Positions 27,331 to 40,400 of a DNA stretch of 64,000 bases are shown here, in pieces; positions within the stretch are counted from its first letter, which is position 1; every line of letters begins with the position of its first letter. Below the pieces are notes generated by a model. The model saw nothing but the letters and a program-made list of their open reading frames with translations. It did no database searches and was not told the DNA's origin. Both the position numbers and the translations under genes were made by a program. This DNA comes from Oopsacas minuta (Eukaryota; Animalia; Porifera). The stretch spans positions 124,001 through 188,000 of the forward strand of contig JAKMXF010000365.1 of NCBI GenBank assembly GCA_024704765.1, in the 5' to 3' direction.

Positions 27331-28476
27331 GCCACTTTTGACCATCCCCAGAGTATTATAGCAAGCTTCGAAATGGTTAACACCTTCTTAATTAATATAT
27401 AAACCACCTACAAAGCCCATTTACCAACCACTTTATTTATAATTTAATTATTATCTGTTAATCTTTTGAGAAAATATTTATTTGATTCATATCTGGAACT
27501 ATGGACTTGAGCGGTCTTTATAGTTCCAATTAGTATAATATTTGTGTTATGTGTGTGTATATAGGTGAACGCGCCTCTATATAATTTAGTATTGTTTCAG
27601 AGCAGAACAAATGATGGATGCTAATTATTTTGCTCCACTAATGTCAGGAAAAGCTCATCGGATTGCTACAGGGAAATATTTTAACTTAGTAACCATATTA
27701 CACACAAATATGTATTTATTTAGCGCTTAAATTTACACAATCATTATTTTAAGCGCGCGAGTAAGTATTGCAAAGAAATGGCGCTATTTTAATTAAGTAA
27801 AAATAAGAAAAATTGACAAAAGTTTGCGAATTCTAAAATTAGTTTTCTATTCTTACATCTGTAAAATTCAAAAGTGTCTAAGAATTTTGAACTTAGTCAT
27901 TCCAAACCGCTAATTTATAACAAGAAACATGTGTTGAATGGAATTTGATATAAAATATGTGTGGAAATCATCTTTGGTTAATTGCGTTTAATAATTAAGA
28001 ATAATTAACAAATCAAGACAATTTGGAATATTTATCTTTCAGGAAATGTGATTTCGTGTTTAACTGATTTGTAAAAAATTATACTCAAAAATATCAAAGT
28101 ATGCATTCGTTAATTTTTATTTTCTAACTTGTGACATAATTCACAGATGTTATACTGCAAATCAAACCACAAATTGAACTTTAATTCAAAGCTTAAATAT
28201 ATCGTAAGGAAAATGAATTACTTTTAAACCATAAACAGGAAGTCAATAACAACTCAGAAAGTGTTAAATACGCGAAAAATTGGTAAACAGCTGATTAAAC
28301 CTTTTGATATATAGCACACATTTCTGTTGAATATTTTATATTTCTCTGGCTAGTGACATAGCAATCTTTAGCGTGCATGTGCCGCACTAACATATTGCTT
28401 AATACCTGGTAGAAAATGTGGCTGCAACTTGTCAAAGCCACAATCTGTAGCTATAATACACAATAAATATTGTTAC

Positions 28477-31400
28477 TTACTTAATTACAGGTTCGGTTTC
28501 CATGACGCATGTCTCTTCTGAATCTCGGTTTTGTATAAATTGTTTGAAAAATTCTTTACATTCTTGGAATTCTCCCAAGCTTTGATCTACAAAAATACAT
28601 TCAACATTTTTACACCTTCTTTCCAAGAGGTGTGAAATTCTGATTCCGGTCCCAACTTTCTATACCCATTGGTTCATATCCAAAGGGAACAATCACTAAA
28701 ATTATTTCCATAGTATCAGTAAACTCCCGTCATATCGAATCTGAAGGGACCGTGATAATTACTGCGATATGACCGATAGAATATATGCTACTTTGACGGT
28801 TTGGGACCATATTTGTACAGTTTCACACTTCAATGTAAGCGGGTATTTCTATATAACAGGAGTTGGATGCACTAAGTAATTTATTGACTGACTCATGAAT
28901 TATGATAATGACTATTTTGATATATTTTTTACACTTTTACATATTAACTACACACATAATAAAGTGTATAAATAACGCAAAAGTATCCATTCAGTCACTC
29001 CTTAATATCCAGTTTTAAATACACAATTAGATCAAGCAAACCCTACAGATATCATTATATTTCAAATGCTAACAAAAAGTAATCACCATTACTTACACAG
29101 GAAATTAACTTCCAATATTAAAAACAGGCGCTATCGCCGAAAAGACTTATTTACAAACAAACCTTAATTTTCATAAAATACTTTATGATAAGCGAATTTT
29201 AATTGAATTCTCAGCTAGATTGTTCTACGAATTAATAATTAATTTACCGAATAGTTCAAAATACGTTTTAATTACAAGAAACTTATTATTTTGTGGCAGC
29301 TAATACAAACATAAATATACTTATTAAGATGATATTGCCAATTATTAGCCTCTAATTTGGATTTTTGTCGATTGTCATTCACAAATAAGTTTTAGCCTGA
29401 ATTTATTAATATTAATTTTAATAGCACCACAGAATAAAGGAGAATCATACAATGCTAATGATAGAATTCGGAAATTCATATCAATAATTATATGTAGAAG
29501 CGGCGCTAATTAATTAGTGAATTAGCGCTTATTGAATTTGTTTAAAAATAGAATTTTCGTATGTAAATTTTAATTTATATGATTTACGACAATCCTCTTT
29601 CTCTCTTAACCAATCAAATTACAGCCTCAGATAGGCATACAACGTTAAATTTAGTCAATAGAATAGCTGGGTAAACTCAAATCTGATAGGTCAAGACAGT
29701 TTGTCACCTATCTCAGAGATATATGAAGATTTTGCCCTGATATTAAGGAATGCTCATACTTTTATCACATTCCACACGCACAGTAAAATTCAAGTTTGTA
29801 GCTCATACCAGTTTTTCAAAATCTCGATCATTTTAAACCGCGATAGGAACTTTAATAGTGTCAGAATAAAATATTTAAAATCATAATAAACAAATACAAA
29901 AATTTCTAAAGGATGATTAACAAGTAACTGAACTTGTAATTACATGTATAGATATCGCAGCCATATGATACCCAAAGTCTAATAGCACATATGATACAGT
30001 CAACCAAGTTTCTACAAATTACATACTTGTGATAAATGGAACAGTAACAAATTAGAAAAAATGGTTGAAAGTGGCGATTATGTATTGAAATTGTGGCGAT
30101 AAATTGGAAGAAATATATTAAAATAGGTTTGTTGTTGAAAACACTACATTCATAGCCTAAGTTAGTAATTCAAATCGTAGTTTCGATTGTACATATAACA
30201 CTTGGACAAAATATGACGTCTTGTGCACCTAAAACATAGGGGTCGAAAGAGGACCTGTCCTATCAATGGATTAACAAGGTGGTCGCCTAGAGAGGAACAA
30301 TAGTTGTCGGGATTTTGTAATAGTGAAATATTATTCCACTATAACCATTGGAGGCAGTCGAACTTGTTACTCAACCATTCTCTTTGGTTTCCCGGCAACA
30401 AGCCTAGGGATGTAAGCGTTTAATATTACATCGTAATCATAACATCACATAATTAGATTATAAATTTGATGCAAATTGAATCTCCTCTTGAATAAAAAGG
30501 CCACTGTTAATGAGAAACTTGTTTCAGCTCCACATGAGTCCAAATGAGCACGGGCTTGCGGACTGGAGATTCATTATCATTATCTCATATTTTGTGATGT
30601 ATCAGCTGGAAAAATTCATTATTGATAAAAATATTAAATGACTAAAGTCAAATTTGAGCTAGAGGAGGAAAAGGTATCTACATCGGATAATTAGAAGGTT
30701 GTGTACTCTGCAGTCGAACCGTAATGACAATGTTCCTGTGGTAGCCACATGTATCCAACTAACAGTGGACTCAATTACCTCCATCTTTTTGATCACTCAT
30801 TATCAGATCCCTATAGACAAGAAAATGAAGTAAAGAGCAATTTTCCGAATGTCCGCACAGGGCAAAAGCATGTATGCATAAATCTATAAATGGTATTATC
30901 TTAGCAACCAACTATACCAACAACTATTCAATAAATGTGTTAGCTATTTTGCCACGTATATACAATATATTAGCTGAATAATCATAACTGATATTTAGAC
31001 AAAACACAGGAATAAAGTCTACAAAAATAGAGATAGCGTCCAAATGTATGCACATATAATATTCTGTGGAGTAATACCCCAATTGTCTCATTATTATATT
31101 ATAATGGAATATACAGACTTTTTAGATGTACATTTGTGAGAAAAATCTATGCGAAAAGGTGTCAAATGTTCTAGTACGTGGAGTGAAGAACTGTCCAGGG
31201 TCACTCCAATTATATCGAAGCTTAAGAGACCGTGATAATATAACAGATGTTACTTTGACGGTTTTGGTCCATATTTGACAATTCACACTTTGAAATAAGC
31301 ATAGTCACATACTTCTGAGAAATTTATGATTACTAATTATGTTTACAAATACTGAAAATATTTACATCGCTAAATACGTAAACAATAATCAACGGATTAA

Positions 31401-34400
31401 TCAATTCTCTAAAATCATTCAATTTCAAAATATATTCTTTCAAAAAAATTCTCACAAATGCGAATATCGAAATTACAACACAATCATTGTCTAAAAATAT
31501 AATTGTATAAACTGAAAGTTCTTTTCTAAGAATATTAATGATACAAACAGTGTGTTTGCTCGACTGATAGAATTCTATTTTTATTTCCGTTTACTAGATG
31601 GTTGTCGAAGTATGTACTGATCATACAGAGTCCTTGTTAATTGTAATTAAAACTAAAGGGCACTGCGAGTATAATTGGCAAATTTGGTGTCTTAATCTCT
31701 AAAGGTGTCAACAGGAGAGTGGACACTATACTACAGGGGACACTATACTACAGGGGACACTATACTACAGGGGAGGCCTCGTAATACAAACATCAACGAA
31801 CGGTCACTGAGTAATATTCCAATTGAAGGAATTCGTATTAACGAGATTCCATGTGCTAATATGTTCTGCAAGTCACTAATAAAATGACAAATTCGAGCAA
31901 AAATTTCAAATTACAATCTGTGCAGACAGGACTCTATATTAATTGAATATTTTTGCTGGCCATTTTAATTGGAGGCACTAAATGGTAAAAGTGTCCACAA
32001 TACTAGTACCACTGTAAGCTAATTTGATAACACTTTGTTAGGTATAAGGATTGGGATGGTACGCCATCCTTATGGATCTGACCTCTGAACAAACCCCGGT
32101 GAGGTTATTGAAAATATTTATATGATTTTCTCTACAAAGGCAGTTCCAACATAAATGGCTCATTCATTTCCTTGGTAACCAACTATCAATGAAATATGTA
32201 GAGTAAATCATTTTATGAGAATTTAATAAGTTTTGGAGCAATTACATTTAATTAGTTAAATAAATATATTTGTTTCAAAGTTTGTTTTGTTCAAAACAAC
32301 TTCAAAAGTAAGTAAACTAACACTTGTATGTATCATATGGTAATGGGAGTGGGGTAGCCGAAATGAAATCAATCTTTCAACTTTGTTCATTAGTTTACTA
32401 AGAGAATTAATGCTCGAGTTTGCTCCACAAATTGTTTTTCAGAAATCTCATATTTATAATTCTAGCAAAATGACAAGTAACCACCTATTAATTACAATTA
32501 CTGTGGAACCACAAACAGTGGCAGTCAGTTCTTTACAAATTGGCGTTCCACTAATGACCACTATATTCTCACAAATATCAAATACAGAGTATAGTCAACA
32601 TTCTTTCTCTCGAACGAATCTTCTCTTCAAAGTATTTTTAGTACTTTTCGTATCAGTTAACTCGGACTTTCGCTATCTCTGGATGTTTAACCTTGGGGGA
32701 AATAGCCCTTGAGAAGAGAAATAGATATCCACGTCCCCTGCTACCCAAAAATGCACCACTGTAATTTTGGAAATTTATCTGGGTTTGGACTTTGAAAATC
32801 TGCCAATCCTAAGATATCCGCATGCGGACAGGCTTATCCTCATGTAGATAGACGTAGTTAGCTGTATGCATCGAATTCGCTCGCCTGCGCTGCGAGGCTT
32901 TAGAAAAAAGACTTCGTCTTCGCCTCAGGCGTTTTAATAGGCATTCAATTGAACCAATAGAATACAACCTATACACATACTTACAAACCTTCAAATCTGA
33001 TAGGTCAAGAAGTTTTCCCATATTTTATGTCGCAAATACAGTAAAATTTCGAAATTCCTTTCTAATCTAATTATAGACTCTGGAATTCGGATATGCTTAT
33101 AGAATATGGAGGTGTTAGGTAAAAATATGCTCAGCTAGGGAAATATATATACTAATTAGAACTAATTAAATGCCATAAGCGTATAATTGTGTCTAGAGAA
33201 CTGACCATTCAAATTTATAATTTTCCTGATACGTTTGTGTCTAATCCACAATTCTGAATATTGTTACCCGCATTTAATAGTAATTATGAAAAATCTTAGG
33301 TAAGTTCTGGATAGATAAAGCAAACCATTTATAATTTAATTATACAAGGAGATTCATAAAACTTTCACTTCGATATAAAGCGTAACCTCTTTCAAACGAA
33401 TAAATATTTTCAAATCAAATCAGGTAGACCGGTTAATACCAACTCTGGATAAACAGACAAAATTGACAGTCTGTTAGAGTTCATATTAACGAAGTTGCTT
33501 TGCATGTTGACACTTCAAATTTTCTTCCGACAGTGCCGACCAGGGTGGAAGTTCACAAGTTGAAAAAAAACATAATATCCAATTTTAAATACGAATGGAT
33601 CGAGCGCTAAACATGAATTCCTACTCACCATTTACATTACTATAAACTAACATCTAAAGCACCCAACATAATCTCTATTGAATCAATCATACACTATAAA
33701 CTCTAGCAAAAGATTAGAGAGAAAATGCCAAGAAAAATCCCAGAAGCAGAGAACATATTCCTATTCATACCTAATCTAATTGGTTATGGTAGAGTCCTGC
33801 TAGCTCTTGTATCGTTCTATTATATGCCATATGAGCCTGTGTTATCAACAGCTCTATACCTTCTCAATTTTATTTTGGATGCCTTTGACGGGATGGCTGC
33901 AAGGAGGTTCAGACAGGAGACAAAATTCGGAGCTGTCCTCGATATGCTCACAGATCGAAGTGGTACAACTTGTCTTATAATGGTTCTCTGTGTCTTCTAC
34001 CCGAATTATTTGCTAGTATTCCAAATACTCGTTGCGTTGGATATAGTCAGCCACTGGGCACAAATGTATGCCACTTTATCAAAGGGTGACGGAAGTCATA
34101 AGAACATTCGGGCTGAAGCCAACCCTCTCCTTAGATTATACTACAGTGATAAATTGGTGATGTTAACATTTTGCGTATCTGCGGAGCTTTTCTATTTGTT
34201 CCTATACCTAATGCACTTCTCTACTACACCTGTGTTGCTAGGATTAAGTGTCTGTCAATTAGGTGCTATGATTAATCTCCCTTTCTTCCTCGGGAAACAG
34301 ATTGTCAATGTATTACAGCTACAATACGCATGTGTTGATATTGCTAATATTGATGTAATGTCTAGACAAAGAGCTTTGGACAAAAAAGTTGATATTCAAA

Positions 34401-37400
34401 CAGTTTGCTCTGAGACTTCAACATGAAACCTATATTTTTTGTGTGGATTAGTTTGTTGTTGTTTGCATGTGATATATATTTGTTTACGATATTGCATGGA
34501 TGTAAACAATTAACTTACTTAACTGTGACAACTTTATCCGGGTTGAATTTTACCGCTTTGGTGTAGTCAATGGGTACACATACTCTACCTGAATGAATAA
34601 CATAAGCCTACTTATAAGACCCAAATCATATTGGTCAGAATAATCCAAGTGCATATAGTATAGAACAATTCTGCCCAATAGGATTGCAGGGTTTTATACC
34701 TGTTTTTGGGTGTATGCAGAAAGGACTTTTCAGTAAATGATTGATGCCTTTTGTGACGTTTGTGTCCAGACGAGGGTAGCAATATTGAAACATAATTTCC
34801 ATTAGAACTTGCTAGAAAAAAAATTTAATTGAATACACAGTAAAACCGATAGAAGGGGAGAGTTTAATACTATGAAAACCCGCCAATCTTTTGCCAAACT
34901 TTAACTGCCAAAAAGGCGTGAAAATATTCACTTTACATAGATTTCATACCCGAGGTACAAACTACACCAAAAAATGTACCAATGTGCCGATTTACATACG
35001 AATCGGTCTAGTAGATTTCTCAGGGCACTGCGGACAAACAGAAGTGCTGCACCAAAATATTAAAAAATTACATCAGAAGTCTTGAATGCAACAGATTTAT
35101 AATTTTCAATCAGCTGATTTTCTAATTCTTGCCATCTCTCAATTGAACTGTTAGTTCTATCACCTTGCTGGGACCAAACTTGTGCCAAAAATGTTCTTGT
35201 CTCTAGTAAATATGATAAATATTAAAAAATGGCGCAAAAATAATTCGGAGTATATTTTTAAATAATTATTTGTGGAAACAGCTGTAAAATAATTCTGCTT
35301 ATTAAATAATAATTGTAGAATATTAGCAGTACTTATGGATAAATCACTCTCTCGCTAATTAGATTAGCGAATAAATTGACATATTTGTATCATTCAAGTT
35401 AGAAATTGTGTCGCGGGTGCCTATCAAATTTCCCGCGTATTATATCCCATTTGAACCAATTAAATATCAGCATTGGTCCAATGAGTATACAGGCTCAACC
35501 AATCAAATTCTACCTTTGAAGTTCACTGAACATATAAATAGGAAAATTGTCATAAAAACAAACTTTCGTTCGGTATAAGAGGCAATAATTTCTTCCAGTT
35601 TTCTTTCTTGTCGAGTAGTCCCTGAGATTCCAAAACGTTGCCCCAATAGGTGTGAATTATGTGATAAGCGCGCCTAAATTCACATAAATAAAAAATCTTA
35701 AATCACTGTCTGTGTAAAACCCTACAATCTGATTGGGTTAAAATACAGAAGCATTAAAAGGTGTGAAAATATACACATTAGAAGTCTCCAATTGTCAGGT
35801 CCACATCTAGATATCATTACGAGTACACATGCCAAATTTGGTCTCTTAATCTCTAAAGGTGTGAACAGCAGAGCGAAAACAAATAATATACGAATTTATG
35901 TAAATTTCTTACTAATAGAACTATGATAAACCTGGGATAATGGTTCCAATTATAGTTCCAATTACTAGCATAATTTACAGATACTGATAATAATAATACA
36001 CACAATAATTCCATATAATTTATGGATTGAAATCAAATTAGAAATGTTCATAAAAGGCAAAATTATACATTTTATGATAACACAGGAATGTACACCTTCT
36101 CCTGTATATGTACATTTAATTATGTCAAATCTTTGTTCGTATTTAATTGGATTTTGCAGTTCAATTAAAGTGCTTTTTCACATAAAACGAAACACATATT
36201 CGCATAGCAACGTTTATAGTTAATTGGAATCTTATAATATAAGCATCAGCAAAATGTGGAAATATTTTTGACCAGTGTTTTCAAGGAACTGGTAAGAGCT
36301 ACGGACTTGAAATTTTGCAGGATAGTGTCCAGTGGTGGAACTTAAAACAGATTAGAATAAAAAACCGAAATATATAGAAACCACTGAGAAAAGGTGATAA
36401 AAAGTCCTAACCAATCAGAATAGAGGGTTTATCCTCGGCTGTAAGCTGATATTCTATTGGTCAATTAAATAATTATTCATATACACTCTTACTATAACAA
36501 TATTAATATATATGACACTAACAACCAATTTGTTACATCAAAATGTTCCAAAAATGCTAAAAGAACACAAATATTGATCCGAACTGTAATGCACTTCTAA
36601 AACGGATGGAAATACAAAATGAATAATCGAAGGATAGGACATGAATTTATGCTTAAGAATCTGGCGATTTTCGCCTCGACAAAACTAAATAAAAAGAGAA
36701 AACAATTAGAGAAGATATGACAAATAAAATTCAAATCCTTTTCATATAATAGGAATTACTCTTGAGATTAATATCCCAGGGAATATGAAATAATAAGAAA
36801 TGATAATTAAAAATGGCACTATGAAGTTTAGTTCCATATTACTGACAATTTATACAGGAAGAGAAATATCCATAATCATTATATGGATGAATACAAACAT
36901 CATTGTTACTCTGTAAACAACATTTCCCAAACATAGACAAAATTCTGGAAAAAAAATCCGAAAATAATTCCAGTTATTTTAATGGAATTTTTGGTCATTT
37001 TTGTTTAGAGAATTACAGCTGATTTTGAACCAAATATTTCAAGGTAATTTTTTCGCAAAGCTCATGGTAACAAAGTTGGTCCTTTGGGTCACTTAATTGA
37101 ACCCAAGAGAATCGAAATATAATCAAATATACTCCTAAAATACATATAAATGTGTCTACAAACAAACAAACAAATATTAATCAGGTATAAATCTTGGATA
37201 AGGTGGTGGCGAAAATACCTGAAGGCCAAACTTGTTGTTATGAGAAACACTCACGATCTTACCACCTGAAAATCCCAACCCACACGGACATACCAAAATA
37301 CCCTCTCCGTTGTCACCGACTTTCCCTTCGGCCAGTCTGAATATAATTTCTGACTCTCTCATAATTTTAATAACTCCGTGACCAAAATCGCTAATTACAA

Positions 37401-40400
37401 AATTCCTGTATGGGTCTATACAGAAGAAATATGACGTATGTATTTCTGACAATCGAATCGTACGAATAGTGTCTTCACTTTGCTTCATAATCTGAATAGA
37501 TGGTTTATCAGGATGACACAGAATATACATAACACTAAGTGTTACTTTAATATCAACTGGCTCAATGAAGACTTCGTTCCTAATCGCTCGCAGGAACTGG
37601 AATTCTGGGCCAATTACTTGTATTCTATTATTATAACGATCCGGTATATACAAATATCCTTTATGTGACAATCCAGGTTGGCTAGGAAAATTGAATTCCT
37701 CCTCCAAATCGCCGAGTTTCCCTGTTGCTGATATCAATGTCAAATCTGACTTCCTGAACATGAAGACGGTGTGTAGTTGTACGTCCGTTACGTAAAGATG
37801 AGTTCTGTTTACAGCGACCCCCCACGGACATTTCAAGAAACATTGTCCTATAATTGAAATTGGTTCCCCGTTCTGATTGAATATCTGTACGCGGGAGTTA
37901 CTACTATCAGCTATAATTATATTTTGATTAGTTACATCTACTATTAATCCACGCGGGACTTTCAAATTTCCAGGGTTATTTCCCTCTTTACAAACTGCGA
38001 TATTACTCTGATATACTCTGTAGTTCAATGCCTTTCGTTCTTCTGGAATTTCATTATTTGCCATCCTAAAATGTTTGTAAACACATACAATAGAAGAGGG
38101 ACGTCTTATCCGAGCTCTACTGTAGCTTATATAATGAATTTATTGAGGAAATGGTAAGAGTTACAAACTTGAAAATTGGCATATACGTATGTGGAGTAAT
38201 GATATGTTTAGAAATCTATGCCTACATCTACTTAAGTCTCGCCCAAGCGTTTAAGACAGCGGTTCCCAACCCAGGGTCAATGACCTCTTATTGGTCTACG
38301 GACGACAGCAGGGGTTAAAACCTTCAGTAAGTGAACACCCTAGGGACCAGTCTAAAAGTTCACATTTCATGGCATTGTGTGTAGGGACCGAGAAAGGTGT
38401 CATCTTTTAGAGGTTTACCTTATCATTCACAGTTACGAACTACTTTCTGGTTCCAATTGATTATTCATATTAATAATATGCATAAACATAAGTAAGGAAT
38501 ATGATACTTAACTCAAGTTTCCATGTAATCTTCATCACATATTATCAAATTAATATCACAGACTAATTATTATATTCCAAGCTGATTGCAGTTTTAAGAA
38601 AAATTCAATTTTTAAAATGGCGGCTATTTTAATTATTTGTACCACAATTATGGTTAAATGGCGCCCAATAAAACGCTCGTATAATATAACGATATCACTT
38701 ACAGTTAGAATTTGTGGTGTTGTTATATTAATTGAAAAAATGGCGCCTAAAATTAAAGATGTTACAAAAGCACGTAATTGATTGGTTAAACTTACTAATT
38801 AAATGGTTGCTAGGTCACAGTGAAAATATGTATACTTTATATATCAAAACTCGATGCTTTCTTGGACTTCTGTGCGGAATTTATTGATGAACTGGTAAGA
38901 GGTGGAAACTTGAAATTTGGCACGTGTGTGGGAGGTGATAAATTTAGGGACAAGTTCTAAGAGCTAAGAGATATCTCAAAAACTCACTGAGATAGGTGTC
39001 AAAATGTCCTGACCTATCAGACTTTAGGCTCAAACAAAAATATCTGAAAGTGTCCAACTCAAATCGGGACAATTACCCTATGGGACAGGCTGTTAATCAT
39101 AAATATGTATATACCTGAGTGCGGGATATGTTGGATTCTTCAGCATAACCTTCTTTACCATTTTATCACCACCCTAAGTAAACAAATATACACGAATAAA
39201 CACAAATACACAAAAAGCAAAAGGAATCTCGTAAATCAATGACTAATTTTATGCAATTTGGAACTAAGTTTATAGTTCCAATTGACACTATCTTTCCTTA
39301 ATCCTCGAATCTGATTGGGCTATACATTTTTCGGAAAATCTCCAAGATATCTCTTAGAAATTATAAATTTTCTAGAAACCACAATTTGGCTAATTTGGCG
39401 GGTTTTTAAATAATATTTGTTGTTTATGAACTATTGAGTATTCGCTAGAATTTGTGTGGTAAATAGTTGAGAGTGTTTAGACATTATTAATATGTGAATA
39501 ATTGGTTTTCACACCTCAGTAATATTGGTAAACAAAACCTAAACAATTAGAATTTCTCAGAAACAGATGACAGATCTATTATAGATACATTTTTGGATGT
39601 CTTGTAATTATCCTTTCGTATTTTAGTTCCATTTTATAGACAAAATTGAAAAAATACGGAAAATAAATTTATTAGCATTACCCAACACCTAAACTCGTAC
39701 TTTTGGGTCTCGCTTGACCCCCTTATTGGAACTGTTATTTATGTGTTCTCTTGTTACACACCTCAAGGAATATGGTCTCAATACAAATAAAGCGTAACCT
39801 CGATAATACAAATAACAACGGACTTGTTCGCGGGAGTTACTATTAATTCGGCAATTTTAATCAGCTGTTTATTGATGGTTACATTTGCAGATTAAGCCAC
39901 AATTAATGATTGTAAATGGTTCCCCGCGTTTTTTTTAGGTGTAAAAATAATTGATTGCAATGTGGCCATTTATAATATTGTTGTTGTTGTGATTAATAAT
40001 AATATTTGATTAGTTTCAGTTCCATTAATAATATAGTTTCAATTTTGAAATGAATATATTATGATATAATTTCAATAATGAATTACAGCTGTAAAAATAT
40101 GATTTAACACTTTTTGACACTTTTGCATGTTTCCTGTTTATTTGGTTGTTATAGGAAAATTGTTTGTGTTGTTGTTTACAAATTTGTTAGTAATGATTCT
40201 TGGGTGACTTTTCGTAGAATAAATGAATCAATTTATTGCCTCAGACAGGTGTGAAAATGTGTATAAACCAAATTCATTTCAACCAATAGAATATCGCTGG
40301 GTAAACCCTCAAATCTGATAGGTCAAAACATTTTGTCACCTATCTCTGAGAGTTGTGGAGATATCGGTTAGATATTAGAATTCATTCCTAGATATACCAT

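Noticed and set aside
32809-33021. Arg-rich 70-aa ORF as a PRIM1 exon or separate gene
   Set aside because: No primase similarity or other motif, and it begins within a family B repeat fragment.
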